Positions 27,201 to 42,200 of a DNA stretch of 63,033 bases are shown piece by piece. The stretch lies in the NCBI RefSeq assembly GCF_004010195.1, contig NC_057735.1:2803941-2866973 (forward strand). The letters are read 5' to 3'. The first letter of the stretch is position 1. Each line of letters opens with the position of its first letter. The notes beneath the pieces were generated by a model. It made no database searches, was not told where the DNA came from, and worked only from the letters and a program-made list of their open reading frames with translations. Made by a program: the position numbers and the translations under genes. Origin of the DNA: Chiloscyllium plagiosum (Eukaryota).

Positions 27201-30200
27201 GTGAAATAAACCTGCACAGCTGAGTGCCTCTGCTGTTTGGTTTCAGGTATCTAGACATCACAGTTGATCTAAGAGCACTGTGTGCAATTCTGACCTCCCA
27301 ACTATAGAAAGGATGTTGTGAAACTTGAAAGGGTTCAGAAAATATTTACAAGGGTTGGAGGGTTTGAGCTACAGGGAGAGGCTGAATAGGCTGGGGCCAT
27401 TTTCCCTGGAGCACAGAGGCTGAGGGTTGACCTTATAGAGGTTTATAAAATAATGAAGGGCATGGATAGGATAAATAGGCAAGGACTTTTCTCCAGGGTG
27501 GGAGAGTCCAAAACTAAGGTGAGATGGGAAAGATTTAAAAGAGGTCTAAAGGGCAACTTTGTCACACAGAGGGTGGTACATGTTTGAAATGAGCTTCCAG
27601 AAGATGTGGTGGAGGCTTGTACAATTACAACATTTAAAAGGCACCTAGATGGGTATATGAATAGGAAGGTTTGAGAGAGATAGGAACCAAATGCTGGCAA
27701 ATGGGACTAGATTCATTTAGGATATCTGGTCAGCATCAGACTGAATGGAGGAGAAAGTGAGGACTGCAGATGCTGGAGACCAGAGTTGAAAAATATGATG
27801 CTGGAAAAACACAGCAGGCCAGGCAGCATCCGAGAAGCAGGAGAATCGACGTTTCGGGCATAAACGTTGATTCTCCTGCTCCTCGGATGCTGCCTGGCCT
27901 GCTGTGTTTTCCAGCATCATATTTTTCAACATTGGACTGAATGGTCTGTTTCCATGCTGTGCAGCTCTACGACTCTAAATGCGAAGTGATGCATTTTGGA
28001 AGATCAAATTCAGGTGTGAATTACACAATAAATGGCAGAACCCTTAGCAGCACTGACATACAGAGGGGATCTGGGTGCACTAGTCCACAGGGTCTCTGAA
28101 ACTAGCAGCACAGGTGGATAAGGTGGTCAAGAAGGCATACTGCACACTTGCCTTCATCAGCTGGGGCATCGAATATACAAGTACGCAAGTTATGTTACAG
28201 CTGTACAAAACTTTAGTTGGGCCGCATTTGGAATAGTGCGCGCAGTTCTGGTCACCACAATACCAGAAAGACGTAGATGCTTTGGAGAGGGTACCAAGAA
28301 ATTTTACCAGAATTCTGCCTGGTCTGGAGCGTTCTAGGTATGAGGAGAGGTTGGATAAACTCAATGTTTTGAATTAGAGTCTCTACTGTGTGGAAACAGG
28401 CCTTTTGACCCAACAAGTCCACACTGACTCTCCAAAGAGTACCCCATCCAAACCCATTCCCTCACATTTACCCATGACTCATGCACCTAACCTATACATC
28501 CCTGAACACTATGGGCAATTTAGCATGGCCAATTCACCTAACCTGCATAACTTTGTATTGTCGGAGAATACCCACACAGACAGGAGCAGAATGTGCAAAC
28601 TCCACACAGACAGTCACCCGAGGCTGGAATTGAACCTGGGACCCTGGTGCTGAGGCAGTAGTGCCAAACACTGAGCTACTCTACCGCCCAGGAAAGATAG
28701 AGGTTGAGGGATGACCTGATAGATATGTTCAAAATTATGAGACACATAGATAAGGTGGATAATCAGAGGCTTTTTCCCAGGGTGGAAAGGTCAACTACAA
28801 GACGGGACAGGTTCAAGGTGAGGAGGAAAGGTTTAGGGGAGAAGTGTGGGGAAATTGTATCACACAGAGTGGTGGATGCCTGGAATGCATTGCCAGTGGA
28901 ATTGGTGGAAGCAGGCAATTTAACAATGTTTAAGGCATACTTGATTGACACATGAACAAGAGGTGAACAGATGGATAGAAAAAGCGTATGGGCAATAAAT
29001 AGCGGGTCTAAATAAGGATTAGCAATTGGTGCAGGCTTGTTGGGTTAAAGCACTTATTCCTGTGTTGTATTGTTCTTTATTATGTACAAAAGTACAGATT
29101 TAAAATTAAAGCACCATGAACCACAGTAATTTTTGTTTATCAAGTACATACAACTTTCGCAGCTTGGCTAATCCGGTAAAAGCACCATTTGAATCCTCGA
29201 TGGCCCATGAAATTTCATTATTCCTGAGATCACTGCAAGAAGAAAACTGCTGTTATTCTACTTTTATAAATAGGACGGACAATCAAATGATCTAAGTTTA
29301 CCAATTTTCACAGACCACAGTAATAATATAGTACCATGCATAAATTGAAAATACAAAAGAGACATCAAACTGAATGCAAGCAACCCAGCACACTGGTAGA
29401 CTCTGGAAAAAAAAGTCAAGAAACAGGCCATTCAATCCAATTGGTCTATGATGGCACTTATGCTTCACACATATCTCCTCTCCATCTCATTCAACCTGCA
29501 TCCCTTTTGTTTATCTATCTTTGCATTAAATTCACCTATTATTCACTTCCAATATTTCTTATGGTGACCAGTCCCACATTTTAACTACTCAAAGTAAAAA
29601 GGACTCTGCTGAAATTTTATTGGCTTGATCAGTGACTCTCATGTTTATGATCCCCACTTCGCAGTCTCCAGTCCAGATTTTATCTCAAACAACTGAAAAT
29701 ATCCTCTCTATGTAATGGTACCAAAAGACCAAATTCTGATACCAATACTATATGACAGAAAAATAAGTTTGAAAATTAATCACAATTCAAAAAAAGAGGT
29801 ATTGCATGTGCACAGTCAACACCATATGTAGTCAATTAACTTGTTCAGACATGCTCTGAAACACCTCTGGGACAGATAAAATTTGAGCCAGATCTTCTGG
29901 CCCAGAGGTAGGGACATTACCATTCCACCATAAAACTCAAGACCAAGTGTAATCTCAGAGGAGGAGTTACAGGGCCGGAGGATAATTGGACTATAGTACA
30001 CAAATTTGCTTCTTATTTGCAGTTCATTTAACGTGAAACAAGAGGTATAACATTATACCATTACCACTATGAGTTAAATTAAAGAGCATCACAGATGCTG
30101 AGTGTCTGAGGTAAATACACACAATGTTAGAAACAAGTTTGTTAACATCAGAAATGGCAAAGACAACTAAACATTTTGGAACTGTATCTGTCATCAAAAG

Positions 30201-33200
30201 GGAATCCCTACTGCTTTGCATATGAAAGATTTGCACGTTTGTATTGCCTCTCAGTGAAAAGTGTCCTCTGCATCTCACAAAGCAGCCAAATTTTTGAACA
30301 AAACCTTTTGCAGCAGTTAAAGCCTTTTCTTGCAAGAAGGATAGATACTGAAGAAATTACATTTCTTCTTAAAAGGGAGTTACCCTTGCACAAGGGATGA
30401 ATTGCCTAGAAAAAGTGTAGTAAATGTAATTGTGACCCATGAAAGGTTTTTTAATAAGCACTTGAAGATTAAAAAATATAGTAAAAGTTTAAGGATAACA
30501 GGCAAAGAAATTACTCTTGCAGTGAGCTGGCGTGGACTCAAGGTGAGCGGACACCTCTTTTGTGTAACCATTATATCATTCTATCAACAGTTTTAAAGAT
30601 ACTTGTAATGGAAGTGAAAGCCCAGTAAAATAGGCAGTTCCTGAACACCGCTGATTAAAACTTTTGCCAGAATTTGGAGATGAATTCTGAAACTAGTGCC
30701 TGGATGGAGATGCATGTTTGGTATTGTTTGAAATGGTGGGGTAATTGGTGAATTCCAATTTAAATTTTCTGGATTATATTCTGTAAACCTTACGTGAAAA
30801 AGACCTCAATAAACAAGGGATTGTCAATGGCACTCTAATCTCATACCGGTGTGAAACAGTTTCAGCCTAACACGTTCTATTGCTTTGATTTGTGTAATAC
30901 ATGGCCAGACGTAAAGACGAAGAGTGCAAGCTTTCAAATTTTTACCACAATGCACAAAAAATACACACTTTACATGAATCCGTCCAAAAGTTTGAGCAGG
31001 AAAAATAAATGTATCACACTTTATTCTAACTTCACTTTGACTAAACAAATTAATTCCACGCTTGTGCCCTTACACTGATCAGTTAGTTTTCCTTTCTCCT
31101 CACAACTAGTCAGGCAGGAATAGTTGGAGCCTCATTAATCAGCAATGCCCCGAAACATGAATACACTCAGTGACCCTGAACTGAAGCTTGCCAGTCATTT
31201 CCTTTTACATGCCTCCCCCCTAAGGCCCAACAACACAACTTACTTTGTTCTTCCATTTAATGTTACTTTGAACCAAAGCAGATCAGTTATGATCACTCTA
31301 CTACTAAAGGTTACACGAAGGACAAAGAATTCCAAGTTACTTCATCCCCATCCAATTTATTTTTGGACCTTTCCTTTTCCCACTTCAGCTCACTTAAGCA
31401 CTTTTGACACAATATCTGCCTTGCAGTTGCCTGGCCAGGTGGGAGAACAGAAAAGAGGATTCATTTATAATATACTAGCAGATAGTGCAGACTGAAACAG
31501 GAAAAGATAAAGCTAGAGTTCAATCTACAGCCTGTTAACTTCATCTCTTGTGTAATCAGCATGAACTTCGCTCGTCCTCTGCATTCCTATTCATACAGCT
31601 GGGTACACCAGATGGATCATAACTAATGAGTGCTGGTGTACAGAAATTCCTCACTCTTTTGTTTTTGCAGTCTAAGATGTACCAACTCCTACACTTTCTA
31701 CCAGAAGTACAAGTAAGAAACATGCATTATAGTAACTGATCAAACTCATTGTCACAAGTTTAAAACTTCATTACAATAGGATTTTTGATTGTTCATCTTG
31801 ACATAAACTCAGTCCAGAAAGTAGTCCAACATATGCAAAGTGACGCAGAAGGTACAGCTTTACTGCCCATTACAGTGGAGCATTGTAGTTTCTAATGGAG
31901 GACATGTGACTCATTGGCTACCCACTGGCCAGCAATGATTTCCAGTCTCAATTTCAAGCTTATAAGCTGACCAAGTTTATAGAGAATAGTTAGTGGGGTG
32001 GGAGCAAATGATTCAATTCTAAACTGAAAGCAAGAAATGCAGGAGATCACAGCAAGTCAGAAAGCATCCATGGCGAGAAAACAAGCTAACGTTTTGAGTC
32101 CAGATGAGTCTTCATCAGAGCTGATGTCACATGATGAATAGTCATCTAGCTTGCTCTCTCTCTCCCTGGCTGCTCCAGCCACTGTGATCTCTCCAGTATT
32201 TTTTGTTTCCAGTACAGATTCCAGCATCGGCAGACTTTTGCTCTAACACAACCTTGAAGTTAAGTTAGTTTTCTGTATTTATCATATAATGCTATTTTAT
32301 TCTGTGTACTTACAGTGTCAGCAGGTTAGACAAACTGCTAAAGACTCCATCAGCGATATAACTTACTCTGTTGTCTCCCATGTACAAACTCTCAAGCAAA
32401 TTCAAGCCGACAAAAGTAGACTCATCTAAACGAGTCATCTGATTGTAGGTCATGTCTCTGGATAAAAGTGAAACAAAAATTTCAACATAAATCAATTTGA
32501 TCCAGTTCGTCCATCCTATTTACAGGAATTCTTCAACCAATTCTGGATACAGTAATATTACAGTATCCAAAACACCATTTCAAATTATACAGATTCAAAA
32601 ACAATCTTATTTTGACATTTCAGTGCTATGTTTGGCAGGTAGATTCTTTATCGCAGACAGCATCATATGCTCTGTTCCAATGCACACTTGGTAGGTGATA
32701 ACTTCCATGTAAAATGGCCAAATCAAATTAATGAGTATATGAATGAAGTTCTTCCAGCCTCCTGCCTACTATATGAATGAAGAAGCAGAATAGTTGGAGA
32801 AGGAACAACTGATGCTTCCTTATTTAAATCTGATGTCCTGAAGAAAAAACAATTCATTGTAGATTAGACTCAGCTGTGTTCTAGGCATGAAATGATTGGA
32901 ACTTATGATAATCTATTGAGAGATGTATGAACAAATTTTGTTAGAACAAAGCACAGCTGCATCAATCACTTCTATGTCACAATTAACCAACCAATTTGAT
33001 TTACCAACAAATGAAAATGCGTTCAATCTATGATATTAAGTAACTCATTTGCATACACACAGTAATGCAAAGAATAAGCAATGCTCCCAGATTTTATTAA
33101 GCCGGCTATTATGCCTTTTCTTGAGGATTCAGTTATGCAGTATTAAAATCAATTTCTTTTAAAACAGTGTCCTGGAGACAGTATAATGCCCCAAGGAACT

Positions 33201-36200
33201 TCAATGGAGCAATTATCAAATAAAATTTTCGTAATTATTCGAACAAGTAACTAAAAGGTTAAAGAGGAAGATTTGAAGGAATGTCTGACAAAACAAAGAG
33301 AGAGGTGCAAAGGCAGAGGGGTTCAGATAGGGAATTTCAAAGCTCATGGTTCAGGCATTGAGTGGCATGCCCGCTAATGGTGGAATGTGACGGTTAAGAT
33401 GAATGAGGCACCAGAAATGAAGGGCCAGAGGATAAAAAGGGAAAAAAAACTCACAATTCAGTCAGCTTCTGGCAGAACTCCCAGGCATCTGCACTGACTC
33501 TGGTGATGGCATTCTGGCTCAGGTGGAGATGCTGCAACAGTTTGAGGCCATATAGCCAGCCCTTGGTGACTTCTGTTAAGTTATTATGTTCCAAGTCTCT
33601 AGAAAGGAAAAAAGAAACAGCTGATTTCTATAATAGAGAAAAGAAACGATGTATTGTTTCAGACTAACTGGAACATTTCTAAGCTGCCTCCATGCATATC
33701 ATTATTCTTAGCTGGAAATGTGTTGCTGGAAAAGCGCAGGTCAGGCAGCATCCAGGGAACAGGAGAATCGACGTTTCGGGCATAAGCCCTTCTTCAGGAA
33801 TCATTATTCTTAGCAAAATAAATGGTTAGCAATTCCAAAACTGATCAGATTCGAACAAAAACTTTTTGCTTGATAGTGACTTGAGATCCAGTATCACCAA
33901 ACTGCAACATACTTTCATAATCAGCAGCAGACAACTTAGCCCCTCTAGCCTGCTCAACCATTCAATACGATCATGGCTGACTTCATCTCGGCCTCAACTC
34001 CATTTTCCTGCCTGCTCCCCATAACACTTTAAACCATTACTAATTAAAAATCTGTCCACCACCTCAGATTTATTCAGTGTCCTGGTGTCTACTCTGAAGT
34101 AGTGAATTTCATAGAGTTGTGACCTACAGAGAAACAATTCCCTCTCATCTGTTTTAAATCTGTCAGTCCTTAGCCTAAAACTATGACTTGCTGTTCGAGA
34201 TTTCCCCAGAAAGGGTAACATTTGCTCTACATTTTCATCAATCCTCTTTAGCATCATATATACATCAATTAAACTTATTCTAAACTCTAGCAAGTTCAGG
34301 CCGAAACTCTTTAATTTCTCATCGTAAGACAAAACTTTCTTCGCCAGAATCAATTTAGTGAATATTTTCTGAATTGCATTCAGTGCCAAGGCAGCCTTCC
34401 TCAAGCAAAGGGACCAAAACTGCATGCAGTACTCCAGATTTCTTCAAATATTCCTTCAAAATCTATAAAATTATCTAAGATCTTTGTTTACCTGGGGAAT
34501 TGAGATACAACCCTGCATAGTGCACACCTTGTTCTAGTTGCATAATATTCTAACATAGAGGTAAAATAAGATCCAATATTCTAACACAGAGATGAAATAA
34601 GATCCCACGTCCAGTTTAGCAAGACTACTTTTTAGACATTTTTGACTCAAAAGCAATCGGACAACAGATTTTAAACCAAGTTCAAGAGCTGACAAAGACT
34701 TTCACAGAGCTACTGTGATATTATACAATTACTGGTTAAAAGCTAAGGCTGTTCTAATTTTACACTCGTGGTATCAAGAGTATCCCAGCTAGAGTTTTAT
34801 TTTAAGGTGGAGGTTCCCACCAACTTTCCTTTAATGTGGTTTGGTTTCAGTGACATCCAGTTTCTCATCCTGAGTAATCATGTAGGTTTGGCTTTAAACT
34901 CTAATAGGAAATTCTGGAAGGCTGTTCAGGTAACTCCTCACAAATGAGAGCCAGGTGACTAATTCTATCCTTCCTTGCCAGATGCTCTCAGGTCAATTAC
35001 CACATCCAAACATTCCACGGGCTGAATCTGTATCTTAGTCCTGGTCAGTGTTGGAAAGAAATGGTTTAAAATGTGTAACTATTCCAGATTGCATAGAAAT
35101 TATAAGACTGTCATTAACCTCACTGGAGGAAGACGAAAGATTATCATTTTGTCGTTATGCATTAAAGCATTTCAAATGTCATTTAGACAACAACTGGGAA
35201 AAAGTAATTACTCCAGCATAGTCATCAAAAGGACTCACAGTTCCGTGATTTCATTCAGCCCCCAGAAGGCGCCGTCCTTCAGTTCGCAAATCCCATTACG
35301 CTGCAGTTTCAATGACTTCAATGAGTCGAGGCCGTGAAACGTTAGACTCTCAATAATTCTCATTCTGTTACGTTTTAGCTCCCTGTTTAAATATAAAACT
35401 CAAAGTCATCAAATGTGGTGATTAAACTTGATAAAAGGGGAAAAAAAAAATGAAGAACCAGTGAAAAAGCCATCATATTGACCACTGGCAAGAATGAATG
35501 CATATTGCAATATATTTGCTTTTGGAAGATACTTCTAGATATTCTAATTGCAATGTGGTTTCCACACACGTTTGAATATTTTGGAGCAGAAACAAGAAAA
35601 ACAGAGGCAATTATTAGCAACAGGGTATCACCACACCAGTATCCCCACCTCCCCCAAAGCTGGGCACTGACAATTGCCATATTCAGTGAATTAAATCCTA
35701 CCTACATTTGGCTGTTTGTTTTTCCACATACTTGGGAGTTGTTTTCTTACACACAGCTGAACAGGGACATAAAGACCACTTGTGACAAGATTTTTAAATA
35801 TAAACAAGTTGTACTTAGAGACAGGCCTAACATATGCTGTCCATGCCAAAAGGTCATAGTTCACATTGCGTGCAGAGGATTTAATTAGCTAAGACAGCTT
35901 TCCTGTTAGACATCATGACGCTCAGCAATAACTTCAAAAGTATTACTGACATAGATCTACCTGCGCTAATAAACTTCTCATTTTATTATAATTCACAATG
36001 GGGAAGATAAAGTACCGTATCGCAACAAATATTTAATATCTGCAGGCACTGGAACAATTTTCAATCCAGTTACCCTCAACCTGATATAAATAAATCTAAC
36101 AAACCAGTATTAATTCTTCCTTATTAAATGCTCCAAATGTAATGTTTTTCTATGCTTAAAAACACAAGAAGAGAATTTTTAATCTAGTCAGTAGTCCCAG

Positions 36201-39200
36201 AATAAAATTACTACAGGAGCAGATCCAGCACAAGACAACAATTCCTTCTTCACCTGTACACAATTGAACAATTGATAGAAAGCAGCACTAAAAGTCCATT
36301 CATTGGATACCCTCCCAAAATAGAATTTAACTAAAATTTCAAGTGCAAAGTGAAGCTTTTAAGTTACACAGTAAACTCCATGATAAACTGGTTGTAGGTT
36401 CATCTTGTACTCAAGATGAAGATAAATATTGCAGCTGCTGAAAACCTGAACCATAATTACGGAGGCAGTACCTGTACATGACAAGAGTTACTACCATCAG
36501 GACAATGTCTTTAAGTTAAAATACAATCAACTGAAAGTGTTAACTCGCATTCTCTCTCCAAAGATGCTAGGTGACTTGCTAAACTCTTCAGTGTTTTCAG
36601 TTTATATTATAATTGATCCTGTTAGCTACAAATTCAACTTGCACTCAAGCAACTCAGAACAAACCACAAGGTTGTTTTTTGATGATCCAGCCTCTATCTC
36701 CTTCAAAAGCTGTTACATAAGGAACAATATTTTTAATCAAAAAGTCAATGAAATATGCATCTAGACTCTGAACTATGAAAGCCACAAAACCACTCACAGG
36801 TATTGAAGCTGAGGCAAGTGGAAGCTCTTTGGATGAATGACAGTAATTTTATTTCTGTTCAGTTTGAGGACGAGCAAGGTGCTGGACAGATTATCAAAAC
36901 AGCCCGGTTCTAGGATGGTAATTCGATTATTATTCAAGTGTCTGAAAATAAGACATAGCTGTATTACTAAAAAAATTTTTGGAAGTCAAATATTCATACT
37001 GTATTTCAAAATTTAAAAACAAAGCTTTAGTAACAAAACCTGCCTGTACGTCTTAGGAGTTGCATGCCTTTCCAATGTAATAGAGGTTGGAGTAACCCGG
37101 AAACCTCCTACTGGGATAAGTCTGCAACTGTAGCCATAACATTTTACCTTTTGCGCTGAATAACAGACAAAGTAGTCAATTTTTATTATGAATTGAACTG
37201 GTGCTGTCACAGGACAGGTAGTTGATTACTTTCAGTTACTGGTTAAGATGCATTTGCTTGTCCTTTTTAAATATATTCATCTGATGACTGGATGACTTAG
37301 TGAGGCAACATAATGTGCTTTCACTGATGACTATGGTGCTGAATCCAGTCTACACTGATGGGAAAATATCCACTCTCTCGTTAGTAAATTCCATTTATGA
37401 AATGAGTCTGGGACAGCTTCAATTATGCTTTTTGAGAGTTGCAGCTACTAATCCAGCTCAAATGAGCAATCACACTTAAGAGATAACCACAAGGATTACT
37501 CCAACAGGAAATTAATATATAACAAGTGACACACAAGACTTAACCAGGCTTAAACCATCACAGTTCACTCAGCAAATAAAAGACACAAACTGGCACTATG
37601 TTCTACTGCTGTTTTTATTTACCTTAAGTAGTGCAAAATAAGACTACTTAAAAAAAGTCTGGGCATTGCTGCCTTGGTTCAGAACTCAGTAGTCTATTTG
37701 CCTGACATACCGAATTTAAAAAAAAATTGCTTCTTACAGTGCATTGAACATCTTTTCCCATGTTTGCCAAGGTTCAATGAAAAAGTCTGCAGCCACATGA
37801 GATGTTGCTTGGCATATCCACAAAAGCAGCATTTCTTGCAATCAAAAACTTTAATAAAAACTGATGCTATTATAAACAAGCATCTTATAATCTCAAACAC
37901 AAGTGTAAAACTGTTCCATTGTACAGAACTTCACTGGGTCTAGTCAAGGCAATGCAAATGTTCCCAAATGGATTTCACAGTGCAAACATATTTGCCTTCC
38001 TTTTTGAAATCAATAATAATGAATTTAAAAAGCAGCAACTTGAGCATAAATCCCATGCGCCACTCGCACCAAAGCTGCAGTTCTCAATATTAAAAGTTCA
38101 GACAGATTTCAACAAATCTCGCATTACACTTAACTCTAAGAGAACTAGATGCCTGGCAAGCACTAAATTCTTTCACCATGCTCAAAGGCTTTAAAATTAA
38201 GCTATTCAAATTCAAAACAGGGAGAAATTTCATCTGCCTACTATGAACTGCAAACATTTTCCGTAAAGATAAACACCCCAATAATACAAACCTGGAAAGT
38301 CCAAGTTCAGGTCAGCAGAGCTAAGTGTGTGTATGTGTGTGTGCAAAGGACACTCCTGGAGATTCATCAGTTAAACTGACAAATTATTAACACAAGACAT
38401 ACAGTTTTCAACTACTTGTCCAGAAAGGGCCACCAGACCCATTATTATCTGTGTTATGTAGAAAGACTCCTAACTGCTGGCGATACATCTAGCCTCCAGA
38501 ATCAATGTAATCTATTCAGCTAACTAAGCACATGTTGTGAATCCTCAGGACTCGCAAATTTTACAGCAGATTACAGAGAAAAATCTATACTGTAAATTAG
38601 TATATCAAACAATTTTGAGCTGGATGCATTGTGTAAAAATGATGTATTGTAGTATATTCCAGGTCATAAACTTCAAAACGTGAATGGAGAGCGTTTAATG
38701 CACAGCCTATTAAGGATATTCATACATCAGAAAATACCAATTGAAAAGAAAACCCCTTTGCGTCTTAGAGTTCTGGCTGCATATGCTATCTGTTGACTGG
38801 TAAGACACAGAATAATGTACACCGGGCTCCAAAGAGCCCATCAGAATGGGTTGCATGATGCAGCTCAGACAGTTTTACACTTCGGTTTATAATTGAAATG
38901 ACATTTGCATGCAATTCAACAAATACTATTTAATCCACCGCTATGAATCAGGATTATTCTTCTGCCTTCAAGTCTATTAAGTGTTTAAAAAGAAATCAAC
39001 AACTACAAAATAATTTAAATTAATTTAAATATTCTTCTGTAATATTCAGCTCAAGTTACTCTCATTGATGCTTATGTTATTCTGAATGTGTTGATGGTTA
39101 TTTTAAAGAAATATCACGACATGAAAATCCACCATCATGGTAAACACAAACTACAGATAAGGGTAATTCTGATGTTTAATGACTACAATGCTATGGGGAA

Positions 39201-42200
39201 AGCAAAGATTAAAATGAATTACATTAGAAAGAAAAGCAAACATAAGGCAAAATAATTGATTTTGACATTTAAAATGTTTGACATAGGATCACAGTAATAA
39301 TTATTTGCAGATTGATTGGCGGGGCACTGAAGTACAGAACAAACACTGCTGTGTTGCAAATTCTATTCAATAACCTTTACTGCAACATTATGATTTAAGT
39401 TCATTGTATGAGCTGAAATGCTGAACAGATTTTGGACAAGAGTCCTGGATGCCTACAAGCTGATATTCTAAGAATTAGGTTCAAAAACAACAAAATGAAT
39501 GCTGTAAAATGAAGACATTTATTATTACCATATGGGATCTTTGAAAAAAAGGCATGTTAGTAGAATTTTCTCTAAAATGGAATACATAAATGGTACATAC
39601 TCTCTCCAGAGTTCCATGCCTTTTCCCCTTCTCCTCTGCAACAAAACAATGATGTAGTTGCAGCTGATTATAACATGAGAATCAATAGAAGAGCTGAATT
39701 ATCAGCTAGCCATTGGCCTTTTCCCACAAAATACATGAATCGATTTTTTTTTACAAACACACTCTACGTACTTTTTTTAGGGAGATCACTTCATTAATCT
39801 GTGCTGTGTCCTGACCAAAAGTAATATCAGTTGAAATTTTGAAATTTGCGTTATTTATCTGCACAGAGACATAACACACTCTACGTACTTATGTCTCTGT
39901 GCAGATAAATAACGCAAATTTCAAAGTTTCAACTGATATTACTTTTGGTCAGGACACAGCACAGATTAATGAAGTGATATCCCTAAAAAATGGCAAGGTT
40001 TTGTTGAAGAATGCAAGGCAGTCCCATATGGACAATATGTTCTGGTTCACCGCTAGCAGCTCTCTTCCTTAGTTTGCAATGTATCACCAATGTTGCCACA
40101 CTCTATCTCCCTGTGATTCCTAAACTAAACTGTTGAAGCTCAGCACACAATGTTGTGGAGCACTAACATGAAGAAAAGTAGTGTAGATCTGTTACTCACA
40201 GGTTTCTCAGTTGCATTATAGGGAACGAAGAAGTTTTGATTTCTGAAATTAAATTTGAGCTCAGATCCAAGGTTTCCAAAGCGCTGTAGGGTAGAAGGTC
40301 CTCAGCAATTACCTCTGTTACCCGATTGTGTGCTCTGCAAAAGTAAAAAGTCACTGTTCAACTTTCTTACTAATTATTCTGCCATGCTGCAAAGAATCAC
40401 AAGCATGCTTCCAATAAAAAAAAACTCAAAATTACTGCCTGGATTTTTACCATTTTTTCCACTGTGAGTTTAGAAAAACCTGCCTTTGAAAACCAGAAGG
40501 AAGGAGATATTTGGAGTGTGAAGCCAATTTTAAAATAACTATATAATTTGAATGCATTAAAATCTGTTTGATAACTCCAAGAACATATTTCAAAGAATAT
40601 TTTTCAAATGCAATTATATTAAGTAAAATAGGTCAACTGAAGAAAAAATGTTTCCCTCACTGAGGAATTGAGGACCACTTTCTCTAAATGTTTAAATTGG
40701 CTTTAAACATTCTAATATTGTAGATATCTTTTTGTCAATATAATTCAAGTCAGTGACTCAAATTTCACCTGTGGGAGTTAAAGAATTTAAATCAGGAATG
40801 TGGCTCAAATGTGGCTAAATTGTAGCAAAATGTGCAGTGCCTTTAATGAAGAAAAATATTCATGCCACATCTAAAGTGCATCAAAAAATATCACACGGCG
40901 CCAGGTTACAGTCCAACAGGTTTATTTGAAATCACAAGCTTCACCTGACAAAGGGGCAGTGCTTCAAATGCTTGTGATTTCAAATAAACCTGGACTATAG
41001 CTTGGTTTCATGTGACATCTGACTTTACCCACTCCAGTCCAACACCAGCACCTCCACAACACAATAAAAATGACACTTCCAACTCAACAGATCTTCAAAA
41101 AAACTAAGATTTTAGCTCAGACGAGTAGATTTTTAGAAGTAATGGAAAAGGAGGTGGAGAGAAGCCATTTAAAGAGGGAATTCTAAAGTATAGGATAGAA
41201 AAATAGATCTGCGACATACTTATTGACAAAGTTTCTCCACTCTGTGGCAAATAAACAAAAGATGGTGTCATGCTGGCCAGATAATTATTTCACAATTTAG
41301 TCCTTGACAAAACAAGCACAGCTGCCCAGCAGCATAATGTTGTGGTGACCTAGCTACGTAGAATCAAATGGTAAATTAATTGATTGAGAGTTAGTTCAAA
41401 GCTTTTCATGAATGATTCTCTCAACTCCAGTCCATTAGGTTGATAAGAACATTAGAAATAGGAGGACATTCAGGCCTGTCCAGTCAACCTGTAATATTAT
41501 GGCTGCGACTCTTTTGTGCCAGCTCCTCATAGTCCTCAACTTCTCAATACTTCAAAAAGCTATCTACCTTTCAATACTTGCAGTGACCTAGCCTCCACAA
41601 ACCAAGGCAGAGAATTTCATTAAATTCATAAGAAATTCTTCCATATCTCAGTGTTAAATGGGTTTTGCCTCATTCTATAATAATGATTCCTAATTCAAGT
41701 TTCCCTTAATAGTGAAGACATCTTCTTAACACCTTACCTGCTAAGACCCCTCAGAATCCTGACTGTTTAAATATGATCATTCTTCATTTCTCCAAACTCT
41801 AATGAACAAAGGCTTAACTTATTAAGTCATTCTTGTTATGACAAATCCTTCAGACCAGGAATCAGGCTAAGAAATCTCTTTTGAACTGTCTCCAACATCA
41901 GTATAATAAAACAAATACTTGTCAGACTGAAACATTAATTCAGCTTTTCACTCTATAGATGCAGCCAAGTCTGTTGAGTTTCTCCAGCACTTTGTTTTTA
42001 TCTCCAAAGCTAATATATCCTTTTTTAAATTCAGGAGCCAAAACTGTTGATCATACTGCAGGTGTGGACTCACCAACACTAATATTGTTAATGCTGATAT
42101 AGCAATACTGTTATAGCAAGGCTTCCTATTTTTAAAGTGCAATCCCCTAGCATAAAGGCTACAATTAAATTCTAGAATATTTCAACTAAAACCTCCAGTG

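Larger units (their letters stand above)
26400..29080 (+). mobile_element. Nested CR1 LINE cluster (RT domain to 3' end), interrupted by a second CR1, a PLE cassette and a SINE
   Basis: [49 protein letters not shown] motifs. Confidence 0.88.

Noticed and set aside
37280-37600. Weak resemblance to LF-SINE-like ancient repeats (ctttcac..gaatccag..tgaaatgagt)
   Set aside because: Only short words match; cannot be supported without a profile search.
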